A stretch of DNA of 64,000 nucleotides from a virus (Duplodnaviria > Heunggongvirae > Uroviricota > Caudoviricetes > Herelleviridae): the IMG/VR virus record IMGVR_UViG_3300030514_000001, positions 1 through 64,000 of that record. One strand, 5' to 3'. Below, in pieces: positions 48,729 to 56,190 of the stretch. The notes beneath the pieces are model-generated. The model saw only the letters and a program-made list of their open reading frames with translations, had not been told where the DNA came from and searched no databases. Positions within the stretch are counted from its first letter, which is position 1. Every line of letters starts with the position of its first letter. The position numbers were made by a program, and so were the translations under genes.

Positions 48729-48920
48729 GTGAAAGCGAAGGAACTAACAGTAACGGTATTAGCCATTATCGGTATGCTATCGATATTGAACTACGTCATC
48801 TTAGTAGCCCCGGGCATCATCAACTTACTGTTCTACGTTGTACTTATCATTGTAGGTGTCACGTCTTATAATCACTTTGCCAACAAGAAGAAAAATAAAG
48901 ACAAAGATGCAGGTAAATAA
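48729..48920 (+). CDS. small membrane protein
   Basis: GTG after CAAGGAGGTGAG; 2 TM. Confidence 0.5.
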   Translation: MKAKELTVTVLAIIGMLSILNYVILVAPGIINLLFYVVLIIVGVTSYNHFANKKKNKDKDAGK

Positions 48921-49023
48921 GAGTACCTATTTTAAGGAGGTGAATACGAAATGTCAGTAGAAAATAACGTTTACGAAATCACTAAATTATTAGCAGAGTA
49001 CAAAGAAGGAAAGGGTAAGTAAG

Positions 49024-49221
49024 TTGAACGAGACAGCACTAGAGAAAATCAGAAATGCAAAAGAATACCTAGAGAGAGCCGAGAGAGCGTTATTAGAGAA
49101 GGATATACAGCTTTCTCTAGGTAATCTAGACAGTGTAGAATTTGAAGTAGAAGCAGCCAAGTGTCTGCTAAGAGATGACCTAAAACAGAGGAGGAATTAT
49201 AATGAGTGGTTTTCTAGATAG
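49024..49221 (+). CDS. hypothetical protein
   Basis: TTG start. Confidence 0.4.
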   Translation: MNETALEKIRNAKEYLERAERALLEKDIQLSLGNLDSVEFEVEAAKCLLRDDLKQRRNYNEWFSR

Positions 49222-49552
49222 AATGTTTAAGAATATGGAGAAGGAATTTATTTTCAAAGGAGAAACACTTACATACAACAAGTTAAAAGAAGAGTTACAT
49301 AGAGATAATGTACTAAAGGTTTATACTGACACATCTCGATTCGAACGTAAATTAATGAAGTCACCAGAAGGGCAAATGTTCTTATATGAGTATCACGAAG
49401 AGATGGGGTTCCCGGACGACAGAATCACTGAATTGTTTGTACTTGTTTCTTCTGAGGAAGATGCGGACAAGCTTAACCAAGACCATTTTATTGCATCAGG
49501 TAGACCTCATATTTACGTAGGTGAAGCTTGCGCTGTAAGTGTACGAGGTTAA
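49202..49552 (+). CDS. hypothetical protein
   Basis: RBS AGAGGAGGAAT. Confidence 0.5.
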   Translation: MSGFLDRMFKNMEKEFIFKGETLTYNKLKEELHRDNVLKVYTDTSRFERKLMKSPEGQMFLYEYHEEMGFPDDRITELFVLVSSEEDADKLNQDHFIASGRPHIYVGEACAVSVRG

Positions 49553-49556
49553 TAGG

Positions 49557-49673
49557 ATGCACATCGAGTTTACAATACCAGAATGGTTAGTAGGAGTTCT
49601 AGGGGTTGTAGTGGCTGCACCGTTACTATTCATACTGTCTGTATACATATACTTCGTACTACGATATAAATAA
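49557..49673 (+). CDS. small TM peptide
   Basis: 38 aa, hydrophobic; not in the track. Confidence 0.3.
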   Translation: MHIEFTIPEWLVGVLGVVVAAPLLFILSVYIYFVLRYK

Positions 49674-49685
49674 GGGGGAACTTAA

Positions 49686-49892
49686 ATGTTAAGAACATCG
49701 AATTTACTGTCACTATTCTTTTTAAGTCTATGGACATTCTTCTGTCTAGGTGCTTTTTACCAGACGGAGTTCGGAGCTTTATCTAGCTCAAATGATTACG
49801 AAAACTTAGGAAGATATTTAGGTATTCTAGGGCTTGCTCAATTGGTTGTCACAGTAGTAAACTTAGTTGATTTATGGAAAGAAAAATACTAA
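49686..49892 (+). CDS. small membrane protein
   Basis: RBS TAAGGGGGAAC; 2 TM. Confidence 0.5.
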   Translation: MLRTSNLLSLFFLSLWTFFCLGAFYQTEFGALSSSNDYENLGRYLGILGLAQLVVTVVNLVDLWKEKY

Positions 49893-49907
49893 TAAGGAGG
49901 ACAAGCT

Positions 49908-50624
49908 TTGTTACAATTTATAGGACGCGGAAGCGCATTTAACACATTAGAAGGTAACAACAGCGCATATTGCATTCACGAAGGAGAACTATTCCTGATT
50001 GACTGCGGTAGCAACGTATTCGAACGATTAGACCATGCAGGTGTTCTAGGAGTCGTAAAGAATATTAAAGTACTAATCACACATACTCACGATGACCATA
50101 TCGGTTCATTAGGAGGACTCATCTTCCACTCATACTTCAATATGGGTACAATGGGAGAGAAGAATATTACGGTATACGCACCGTACACACTTAAGGTTCC
50201 TAAGATTCTAGATTTAATGGGAGTAACCAGCAAGTATTATCATATTAAACAGTTCGAATCACATATCGAATTAGAGTACGCAAATGACCCTGTATTTGTA
50301 CAAGCTGTACCTAATCATCACGTAGAAGAATTACTATCTTATGGGTACTTACTAGACATTAAAGGTAAGTGCGTATACTACAGTGGAGACTCGAACAATA
50401 TCCATCCATACATATTAGGACGATTAGAAAGTGGAATAATCGATTACTTTTATCAAGACACATGCAAAGCTGATTATGAAGGTAATGTACACTTATCCAT
50501 AAATAAGTTGTGTGAACTAGTAGGAAAGAATCGAGATAAGGTTTACTGCATGCACTTAGATAAAGGATTCCCGGTACAGTGGGTGAAAACATTAGGGTTT
50601 AATGTGGTAGAATCAGTTTTCTAG
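49908..50624 (+). CDS. metallo-beta-lactamase-fold hydrolase
   Basis: ITHTHDDHIGSLG (HxHxDH) motif; TTG after TAAGGAGGAC. Confidence 0.6.
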   Translation: MLQFIGRGSAFNTLEGNNSAYCIHEGELFLIDCGSNVFERLDHAGVLGVVKNIKVLITHTHDDHIGSLGGLIFHSYFNMGTMGEKNITVYAPYTLKVPKILDLMGVTSKYYHIKQFESHIELEYANDPVFVQAVPNHHVEELLSYGYLLDIKGKCVYYSGDSNNIHPYILGRLESGIIDYFYQDTCKADYEGNVHLSINKLCELVGKNRDKVYCMHLDKGFPVQWVKTLGFNVVESVF

Positions 50625-50645
50625 ATACATAGAAGGAGCAATAGA

Positions 50646-50816
50646 ATGGAAGAATATCGTTATGCTGTGGTATATCGCAGTAACCCAAAAGTAAGACTAT
50701 CCAAGACGTTTACACGAAAAGGTGATGCGAAAGCATTTCGAAAGAAACGATTCAATGGGGATAAGGAAACATATAAGATAGCGAAATATAAACTTACATT
50801 AGTTGAGGAGGATTAA
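50646..50816 (+). CDS. hypothetical small basic protein
   Basis: 56 aa; not in the track. Confidence 0.4.
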   Translation: MEEYRYAVVYRSNPKVRLSKTFTRKGDAKAFRKKRFNGDKETYKIAKYKLTLVEED

Positions 50817-50817
50817 G

Positions 50818-51129
50818 TTGTCAAAACCTAAATACGAATATAAACACCCGGTCACACTTGATGTGAAAGTATTCGACCCTGTACTATTCAGTGTAGGCTC
50901 TCCGGTTGTTATGCAGATAGAGACAAGTGACTGGGAACGAATGTACTGGAGAGAAGAATACGGTATTGTAGAAGCCTACAATGAAACTGAGTTACATATC
51001 CTTATGGTAGATTACAACGGACAACCAGAAACAAAAGTTGTACAGATTAGGTTCTTGGATGATAGGTTTAATATCATCCCATTAAAAGAATTAATTAAAG
51101 GATTACAGGAGGAACTAGATGCAAAGTAA
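50818..51129 (+). CDS. hypothetical protein
   Basis: TTG after GAGGAGGAT. Confidence 0.5.
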   Translation: MSKPKYEYKHPVTLDVKVFDPVLFSVGSPVVMQIETSDWERMYWREEYGIVEAYNETELHILMVDYNGQPETKVVQIRFLDDRFNIIPLKELIKGLQEELDAK

Positions 51130-52315
51130 ATTATTCATGCCAAAAACATTAAATGTAGGGTATCAAAATAGACAAGGGACTTACACTGGTAGCCTAGCTT
51201 ACGTCATTTATTACGATGAAACGGGTAAACTACGAAAAGAGACATCATGGGAAAGCTGGAGAGATACGAAGATTCCTAATCAAGAATTTGAAAACGTACC
51301 AACAGAAGGATTCGTGTTCAATAAGACAGGCGGAGGGCGACCATCATGGAGTGACCGTAAAGCATTCTGTCGCGTATACGACCCACGAGGATTCGAATTT
51401 GAGATTGATATGGCTAACTTAATGCACATTCTAGAGTGCTGCGATGTAATGAAGGGTAAAGGTATTGTAGGTGAACTGGTATACGCATGGGAAGGTACAG
51501 AGCTTGTTTTAGTACCTGTAAACTCTGCTACATATGAAGAGTCTAAGAGATACACAGATATCTTAATGAATAAGGAACAAATTAAAGCCAAAGACTTAAA
51601 GGTCGGGTATACATACATCGATAAAGATGAATCGAAGTACATTTACTTAGGTAAGTTTCATGAGTACGATTATAGAACAGATTACAACGACTCGTATAGA
51701 AGACAAAAGGTTACGAAATCTAAAGCTAAGAAATTCTTCTTCGCAGAGGAATGTCGCTGGTCTAGTAATAAGGACTGCCCGTGGATGATTAAAACAGTTA
51801 GCTCTTTAGGTAAGAAGTTCATCAAAGAGTTAGAGGTAGGATGCGTCCAAGACTTCACGCCATTCCAAAACATGTTAGAACATTCTCAATACTATTCACC
51901 AGTTGATTCGAGTAAAGATGAGTTGTATCCAATAGACCCAAAGTTCATTATCGAAAGAGTTCTAGATAAAGAAAAACATACATGGGATAGACGAGTAGGA
52001 TTCTACACGAAAGCTCACGGCGATACGCGTGAATACGATATCGTAATGGAGTCGGTGTATGATAAGCCGTATAGTTGGACTGGAAACAGAGATAGAAAAG
52101 TTATCGGCGTAGAAGCAGTAGTTACACATAGATACGGAGAATACGGTAGAGATAGCGAAGCGTATCGCGGTTCATTAGAAGGCTTCTTTACACGATTCAC
52201 TGGAGACATGGAGCCTTGCTTCATTAAGAGATATTTAGAGAACGATAAGTTCTACTCATTTAAAGGTTCAGTACCAGAACACCAAATAAATAAAGATGAT
52301 AAGGAGCAAAAATAA
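51119..52315 (+). CDS. hypothetical protein
   Basis: RBS CAGGAGGAAC; 398 aa. Confidence 0.55.
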   Translation: MQSKLFMPKTLNVGYQNRQGTYTGSLAYVIYYDETGKLRKETSWESWRDTKIPNQEFENVPTEGFVFNKTGGGRPSWSDRKAFCRVYDPRGFEFEIDMANLMHILECCDVMKGKGIVGELVYAWEGTELVLVPVNSATYEESKRYTDILMNKEQIKAKDLKVGYTYIDKDESKYIYLGKFHEYDYRTDYNDSYRRQKVTKSKAKKFFFAEECRWSSNKDCPWMIKTVSSLGKKFIKELEVGCVQDFTPFQNMLEHSQYYSPVDSSKDELYPIDPKFIIERVLDKEKHTWDRRVGFYTKAHGDTREYDIVMESVYDKPYSWTGNRDRKVIGVEAVVTHRYGEYGRDSEAYRGSLEGFFTRFTGDMEPCFIKRYLENDKFYSFKGSVPEHQINKDDKEQK

Positions 52316-52737
52316 TGACAAACTCAAATGATGCAGTAGTATTACAATTACAAGGTAAGGTTGAAGAGAAGAAAAAGAAATTAGCAGCTTTAAAGAAGAA
52401 CCGTCACACATCTACAACAAAGTGTATTCTTGAATGGGAAGGTAAAAACATTAACTTTAACGTAGCTGGGAAGGACGAGCTTACCCTCTTATTAGTTAAA
52501 ATCCATACATTGTTTGTAGCTGCGGATGACTTACTATTAGAAGACTTCGGAGATACAAAGGTACAAGGTCATACACTAGATGAATGGATTCAAGACATCA
52601 AAGGTAAAATCAAGGAGAAAGATATTGCAATCCAAGAAAAAGAACTTAAGATGATTGAAGCACAACTTGATAAGATGTTGTCAGAAGATAAGAAAACAGA
52701 ATTAAAGTTAAAAGAAATTGCAGACCTATTAAACTAG
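52315..52737 (+). CDS. hypothetical coiled-coil protein
   Basis: RBS TAAGGAGCAAAA. Confidence 0.55.
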   Translation: MTNSNDAVVLQLQGKVEEKKKKLAALKKNRHTSTTKCILEWEGKNINFNVAGKDELTLLLVKIHTLFVAADDLLLEDFGDTKVQGHTLDEWIQDIKGKIKEKDIAIQEKELKMIEAQLDKMLSEDKKTELKLKEIADLLN

Positions 52738-52744
52738 TACAACA

Positions 52745-52774
52745 GGCACGGGATACGCTCTCGTGTCTTTCTTT
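52745..52774 (+). terminator. rho-independent terminator (moderate)
   Basis: GGCACGGG...CTCGTGTC stem with G-U pairs plus TTTCTTT. Confidence 0.45.
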
Positions 52775-52788
52775 ATGTGTAAAAGTAA

Positions 52789-52828
52789 TACTTTTTAAAC
52801 TTTTTTATAACTTTTTACGATTTTGTGG
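52789..52828. repeat. phased CTTTTT(T)A repeats (about 10-bp period) upstream of the actin-like gene
   Basis: ACTTTTTAAA / CTTTTTTATAA / CTTTTTACGA / TTTTGTGG, units starting at 52791, 52800, 52811. Confidence 0.4.
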
Positions 52829-52887
52829 TATCAAATAGGCGAATGCTCCATATGATGTATTAAGAAATCACAAAGGGGGAAAACAAA

Positions 52888-53979
52888 ATGACAAAGAAAT
52901 GGCAAGGAACTAGCGTAGGTTTATCTGTAGGTGCAGTAGATGATGGGTTCGGAGATGTAAAATGTGACAACAACGGTCATCCATTCTTAATTCCTTCATT
53001 CGTAACAAACTTTAAAGAGAAACCATCTACAGAGTTTGTAGTAGAAGGTAAGCAGTTAGAATACATCGCTTGTGAAATTGATGGTAAGAAATATGTAGTC
53101 GGAGATTATGCTACAAAGTTAGACCCGGATATTGAATGGACTGGAGGAGAAAATAAACATAATGATAATAAGTTTCCGATTATTATGAAAACTGTTTTAG
53201 GTCTTATGAGCAAGGGTACAAATGAAACCATCTACACACTTATGATGAACTTACCAATTAAGAACGATACACCAGAACGTAGAGAACAACTTACACAACT
53301 TGTAAAAGGTACACATGAGATGAAAATCTCATACGACGGTATCAACTGGATAGAAAGAACAGTCACAGTTGAAGATGTATGTATCAAGAAACAACCGTTC
53401 GGCTCTTTATGTGACCTAATGCTAGACAACAACGGAGAAATCGTTGACCATAACATTGCAAAAGGATTTAACGTATTAGCGGATATTGGAGCAAGAACTT
53501 TGAATGTTCTGACATTGGATTCATTAGAAGAACAACCGGAGCTAACGACTCATACGAACATGGGTATGTTTAGTAGCTACCTACAAATCGGTAAGTACTT
53601 AGAGAATCAACTAGGAGCTACGATTCCAGATGGAAAGTTACCAATGATTATCAAGAATAAAGAAATAAAAGGTATGGACATCACACCAGTCATCAATCAA
53701 GCTTATGAAAATCATGCGAATACCATCCTTAATACACTGGACAGAATACTTATTAATAGCTGGGCTTTTGTAGATACAATCATCTTTACTGGTGGAGGCT
53801 CTGAACTACTCAAACAATACTTATCAGAAAGATTCGCTAACAGAGGAGTTAAGGTGTTGTTCCTAGATAGATACGCAAATGTGCGCGGTTTAAGGAAGTA
53901 CGGGGCACGTATGGCATCGAAAGCGAAGAAGAGTACAGTTACTATTAAAGTCGGCACACAGCCGTATATTAGTAAATGA
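52888..53979 (+). CDS. actin-like ATPase (ParM/StbA/Alp-type)
   Basis: Phosphate-1-like LSVGAVDDGFGDVK, phosphate-2-like ADIGARTLNV, adenosine motif IIFTGGGSELL; 363 aa; RBS AAAGGGGGAAAAC. Confidence 0.6.
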   Translation: MTKKWQGTSVGLSVGAVDDGFGDVKCDNNGHPFLIPSFVTNFKEKPSTEFVVEGKQLEYIACEIDGKKYVVGDYATKLDPDIEWTGGENKHNDNKFPIIMKTVLGLMSKGTNETIYTLMMNLPIKNDTPERREQLTQLVKGTHEMKISYDGINWIERTVTVEDVCIKKQPFGSLCDLMLDNNGEIVDHNIAKGFNVLADIGARTLNVLTLDSLEEQPELTTHTNMGMFSSYLQIGKYLENQLGATIPDGKLPMIIKNKEIKGMDITPVINQAYENHANTILNTLDRILINSWAFVDTIIFTGGGSELLKQYLSERFANRGVKVLFLDRYANVRGLRKYGARMASKAKKSTVTIKVGTQPYISK

Positions 53980-53989
53980 GGTGACTTAA

Positions 53990-54256
53990 ATGCGAAAGTC
54001 AGTCTACCTTCGAGATAAGATGGATGATGACATACTAGAAGTCATTAAGCCATTACTAAAGAACCATAGCTTTGCACATGTAATGAGGGAACTAGCTAGA
54101 GATGGAATCAAGTATAGAAAAGGGGAAGGAGGTGTCGTGTATCCTAAAGTCATACAAAGTGTGACACCTGTAGAATCGGCTCCAATACAAGATGTAAAAT
54201 TAGTCAAAAAAGAAGCATCTGACAAGGATATCGAAAGCAGATTAGATAGTTTCTAA
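53990..54256 (+). CDS. small putative DNA-binding protein (ribbon-helix-helix-like; ParR-like adaptor candidate)
   Basis: N-terminal KSVYLRDKMDDDILEVI beta-strand/helix pattern; 88 aa directly downstream of the actin-like gene. Confidence 0.4.
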   Translation: MRKSVYLRDKMDDDILEVIKPLLKNHSFAHVMRELARDGIKYRKGEGGVVYPKVIQSVTPVESAPIQDVKLVKKEASDKDIESRLDSF

Positions 54257-54261
54257 CAAAA

Positions 54262-54298
54262 CAAAAAGCACATCAGACGACATGCTTCCAAGTTTTAT
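54262..54298. terminator. bidirectional terminator between convergent genes
   Basis: Imperfect palindrome AAGCACAT...ATGTGCTT flanked by T-tracts on both strands; contains the stop codon of the minus-strand HNH gene. Confidence 0.5.
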
Positions 54299-55006
54299 AA
54301 TTTACAATCTGAGATATGTTCTTTCTTACCACATTAAACATATCACCTAATTGTTGATGGGTGTATTGACCTGTACTATGTAATCTTCTGATTTCTCTAA
54401 CTTTATCTTCTGTAAGTTTAGCTGCGTTGGAAGATGTAGGCTGTTTAGAGATAACTGGCTCGTCAACTAAATTAAGATGTTTCCATGTCCTTCCTTTAAT
54501 CACAGCGTCCACCGTACTATCCGTAACATCAAACTGAGCGCTTATTTGTGCTACAGAGAATCTACCTGATTTATACATTTCGACTATCTTATGTACTTTG
54601 TCTTCACTTAACTTACGATTGTGACTCGATTCACCTAAACCCACACTAAGCAACCCGGTATTTACTGCATGTTGTGTGTTTTCCGAAGGTGTGACCCACT
54701 CTAAGTTTGATAGTTCGAAGTTCCGCTTATTACCGTCCTTATGGTTTATGTGCGGCTTATTTAAAGGGTTAGGGATAAAGACGATTGCTAGTAATCTGTG
54801 TAAGAGATAACTTTTAGACACTTTGTTGTGTGTTAGTGTCACTTTAGGATATCTCTTGTCGCTTTAGGATATCTCTTGTCGCTTACGGGGTTTGAAACGC
54901 TAATCATTTTACCTTTACTAATATTCTTAACCTTACCTGTGTTACTTATTTCGTAGTTGTCTCCACATTCAACGACACCCTCTAACGGTTTCCATACTTC
55001 TGTCAT
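54273..55006 (-). pseudogene. free-standing HNH homing endonuclease (NUMOD-like N-terminus + HNH core + HTH), frame-disrupted by a 20-bp tandem duplication
   Basis: Minus strand: ATG at 55006 with GAGGGA RBS encodes MTEVWKPLEGVVECGDNYEISNTGKV...; that frame stops inside the duplicated 20-mer. Removing one copy joins it in-frame to the HNH body (ORF 54273-54842: HKDGNKRNF...NLEWVT). Confidence 0.65.
54842..54881. repeat. perfect 20-bp tandem duplication (CTTTAGGATATCTCTTGTCG x2) inside the HNH endonuclease gene
   Basis: Two identical adjacent 20-mers read directly from the sequence. Confidence 0.9.
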
Positions 55007-55082
55007 AATATTGATTCCCTCTTTCTTATGGTATATCTCTATTATAACATACTTCGAAAATAAATCGGGGGAGGCTACTTTT

Positions 55083-55196
55083 GAAATTCCCTTGCGAGAA
55101 AAACAGAAATGTTCGGGAAAAACAAAACGTTGATTTAACGCTATTTTCCCGATATTAGATAGGGAAAAACGTTAATTCCCTGCGTAATTCCCGCAT
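55083..55196. promoter_or_regulatory. cluster of GGGAAAAAC / AATTCCC direct and inverted repeats in a non-coding region (candidate operator / recognition locus)
   Basis: CGGGAAAAAC (55113), inverted TTTTCCCG (55145), GGGAAAAACGTTAATTCCC partial palindrome (55162), AATTCCCTTGCG / AATTCCCTGCG / AATTCCCGCA repeats; six GGGAA/TTCCC cores in about 110 bp with no ORF. Confidence 0.45.
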
Positions 55197-55216
55197 TTAT
55201 AATAGGGTTATAACGG

Positions 55217-55378
55217 TTAATTCACTATCCCGTAATCATGTAAAACTTTTAAAATCTGCTCTAATTCTTCCATACTAATATCCACGTCTCTATCCTTGTT
55301 GATGTCGTGAAGAACTAAATGATTTACTTTCTGCATTTGTCTCTCATACTGAGCTAAAGAATCTGTGAACCAAGACAT
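55217..55378 (-). CDS. hypothetical small protein (minus strand)
   Basis: 53-aa ORF, one of only two minus-strand coding regions; weak RBS. Confidence 0.3.
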   Translation of the reverse strand: MSWFTDSLAQYERQMQKVNHLVLHDINKDRDVDISMEELEQILKVLHDYGIVN

Positions 55379-55456
55379 ATAATCATCGTCCTCTCTTGTT
55401 TGATATTTCTATCGTTACCAAAAATAAAAAACTTATACATGAAGGAGGAAAAAATT

Positions 55457-55648
55457 ATGGGTATCGTAGCTGTAGGTGCTGGAATCGCGTTAGTTTGTAC
55501 AACTGGAATGGCATTATCAACGGTGTTTAAGTTTCTTCATTCATTCGAAATGGAAGTTGGGGTGAAAAAGGAGAAGCGCGGAAGAGGTAGAGATGTTAAT
55601 GAGGAACGTTTTGAGAACATGGCTAATCGTGCAAGATTAAACAAATAA
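55457..55648 (+). CDS. small membrane protein with a basic C-terminal tail
   Basis: ATG after GAAGGAGGAAAAAATT; N-terminal TM GIVAVGAGIALVCTTGMAL, then KKEKRGRGR. Confidence 0.5.
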   Translation: MGIVAVGAGIALVCTTGMALSTVFKFLHSFEMEVGVKKEKRGRGRDVNEERFENMANRARLNK

Positions 55649-55662
55649 AGGAGATGTTAACG

Positions 55663-56190
55663 ATGATTATTAATTACGATGCGAAAAATAAAGCTGCTTG
55701 GGTTGAGTACACTCCATTCACAAAAGCTCCAATGGTAGATGAGTCGGTTTTTATGTACCAAAATATAAAGGAGGAGATAATGAGCGCAAAGGGTATGCAG
55801 AAGCTCAAAAAAATAAAGAAAGCAAAAAAGATAATCAAAATGTCACTATCAATATTAGGAGCAAGCGCGGGTCTTTCGACGAGAGCATTTGCGAGTGGGG
55901 TAACAGGGAAAACACCTCTACTGGCTCCATTCACACCGAGCGTAATGGTGGAGTACGGGTTGCAAGTAGCCTTTCTAGCGGTGGGTGTAGCAGTAGCATT
56001 AAGTATCGTCCTACTAGTCATAGCGGGAGTACTGAGAATGTTCAGAAAGAGCCAAGAAGCGAACGTATGGACGCAAGACATCATCAAAGGGATAACGCAA
56101 GTACTGATAAGCGTTCCAAGCATTTACATCATCTATCGGGTCGCAAGTTACTTATTCAGAAATTTAAACTTCTTAAGTCTAGGCTTCTAA
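55663..56190 (+). CDS. membrane protein with an internal signal-peptide-like segment and TM
   Basis: ATG 9 nt after AAAGGAG; a strong internal RBS (AAGGAGGAG) precedes the ATG at 55780, which would yield a 136-aa protein with a K-rich n-region, h-region, AFA|S and a TM. Confidence 0.45.
   Translation: MIINYDAKNKAAWVEYTPFTKAPMVDESVFMYQNIKEEIMSAKGMQKLKKIKKAKKIIKMSLSILGASAGLSTRAFASGVTGKTPLLAPFTPSVMVEYGLQVAFLAVGVAVALSIVLLVIAGVLRMFRKSQEANVWTQDIIKGITQVLISVPSIYIIYRVASYLFRNLNFLSLGF

Noticed and set aside
1665-53957. Numerous 60-140-aa minus-strand ORFs in the track (for example 1665-2021, 12544-12960, 20187-20549, 47913-48302)
   Set aside because: All are fully embedded antisense to well-supported + strand genes and lack RBSs, promoters or recognisable domains. 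They are consistent with chance ORFs in AT-rich DNA.
54842-54881. Possible CRISPR-like or iteron array
   Set aside because: Only two adjacent identical 20-mers with no spacers and no further repeats. Better explained as a tandem duplication that disrupts the HNH gene.
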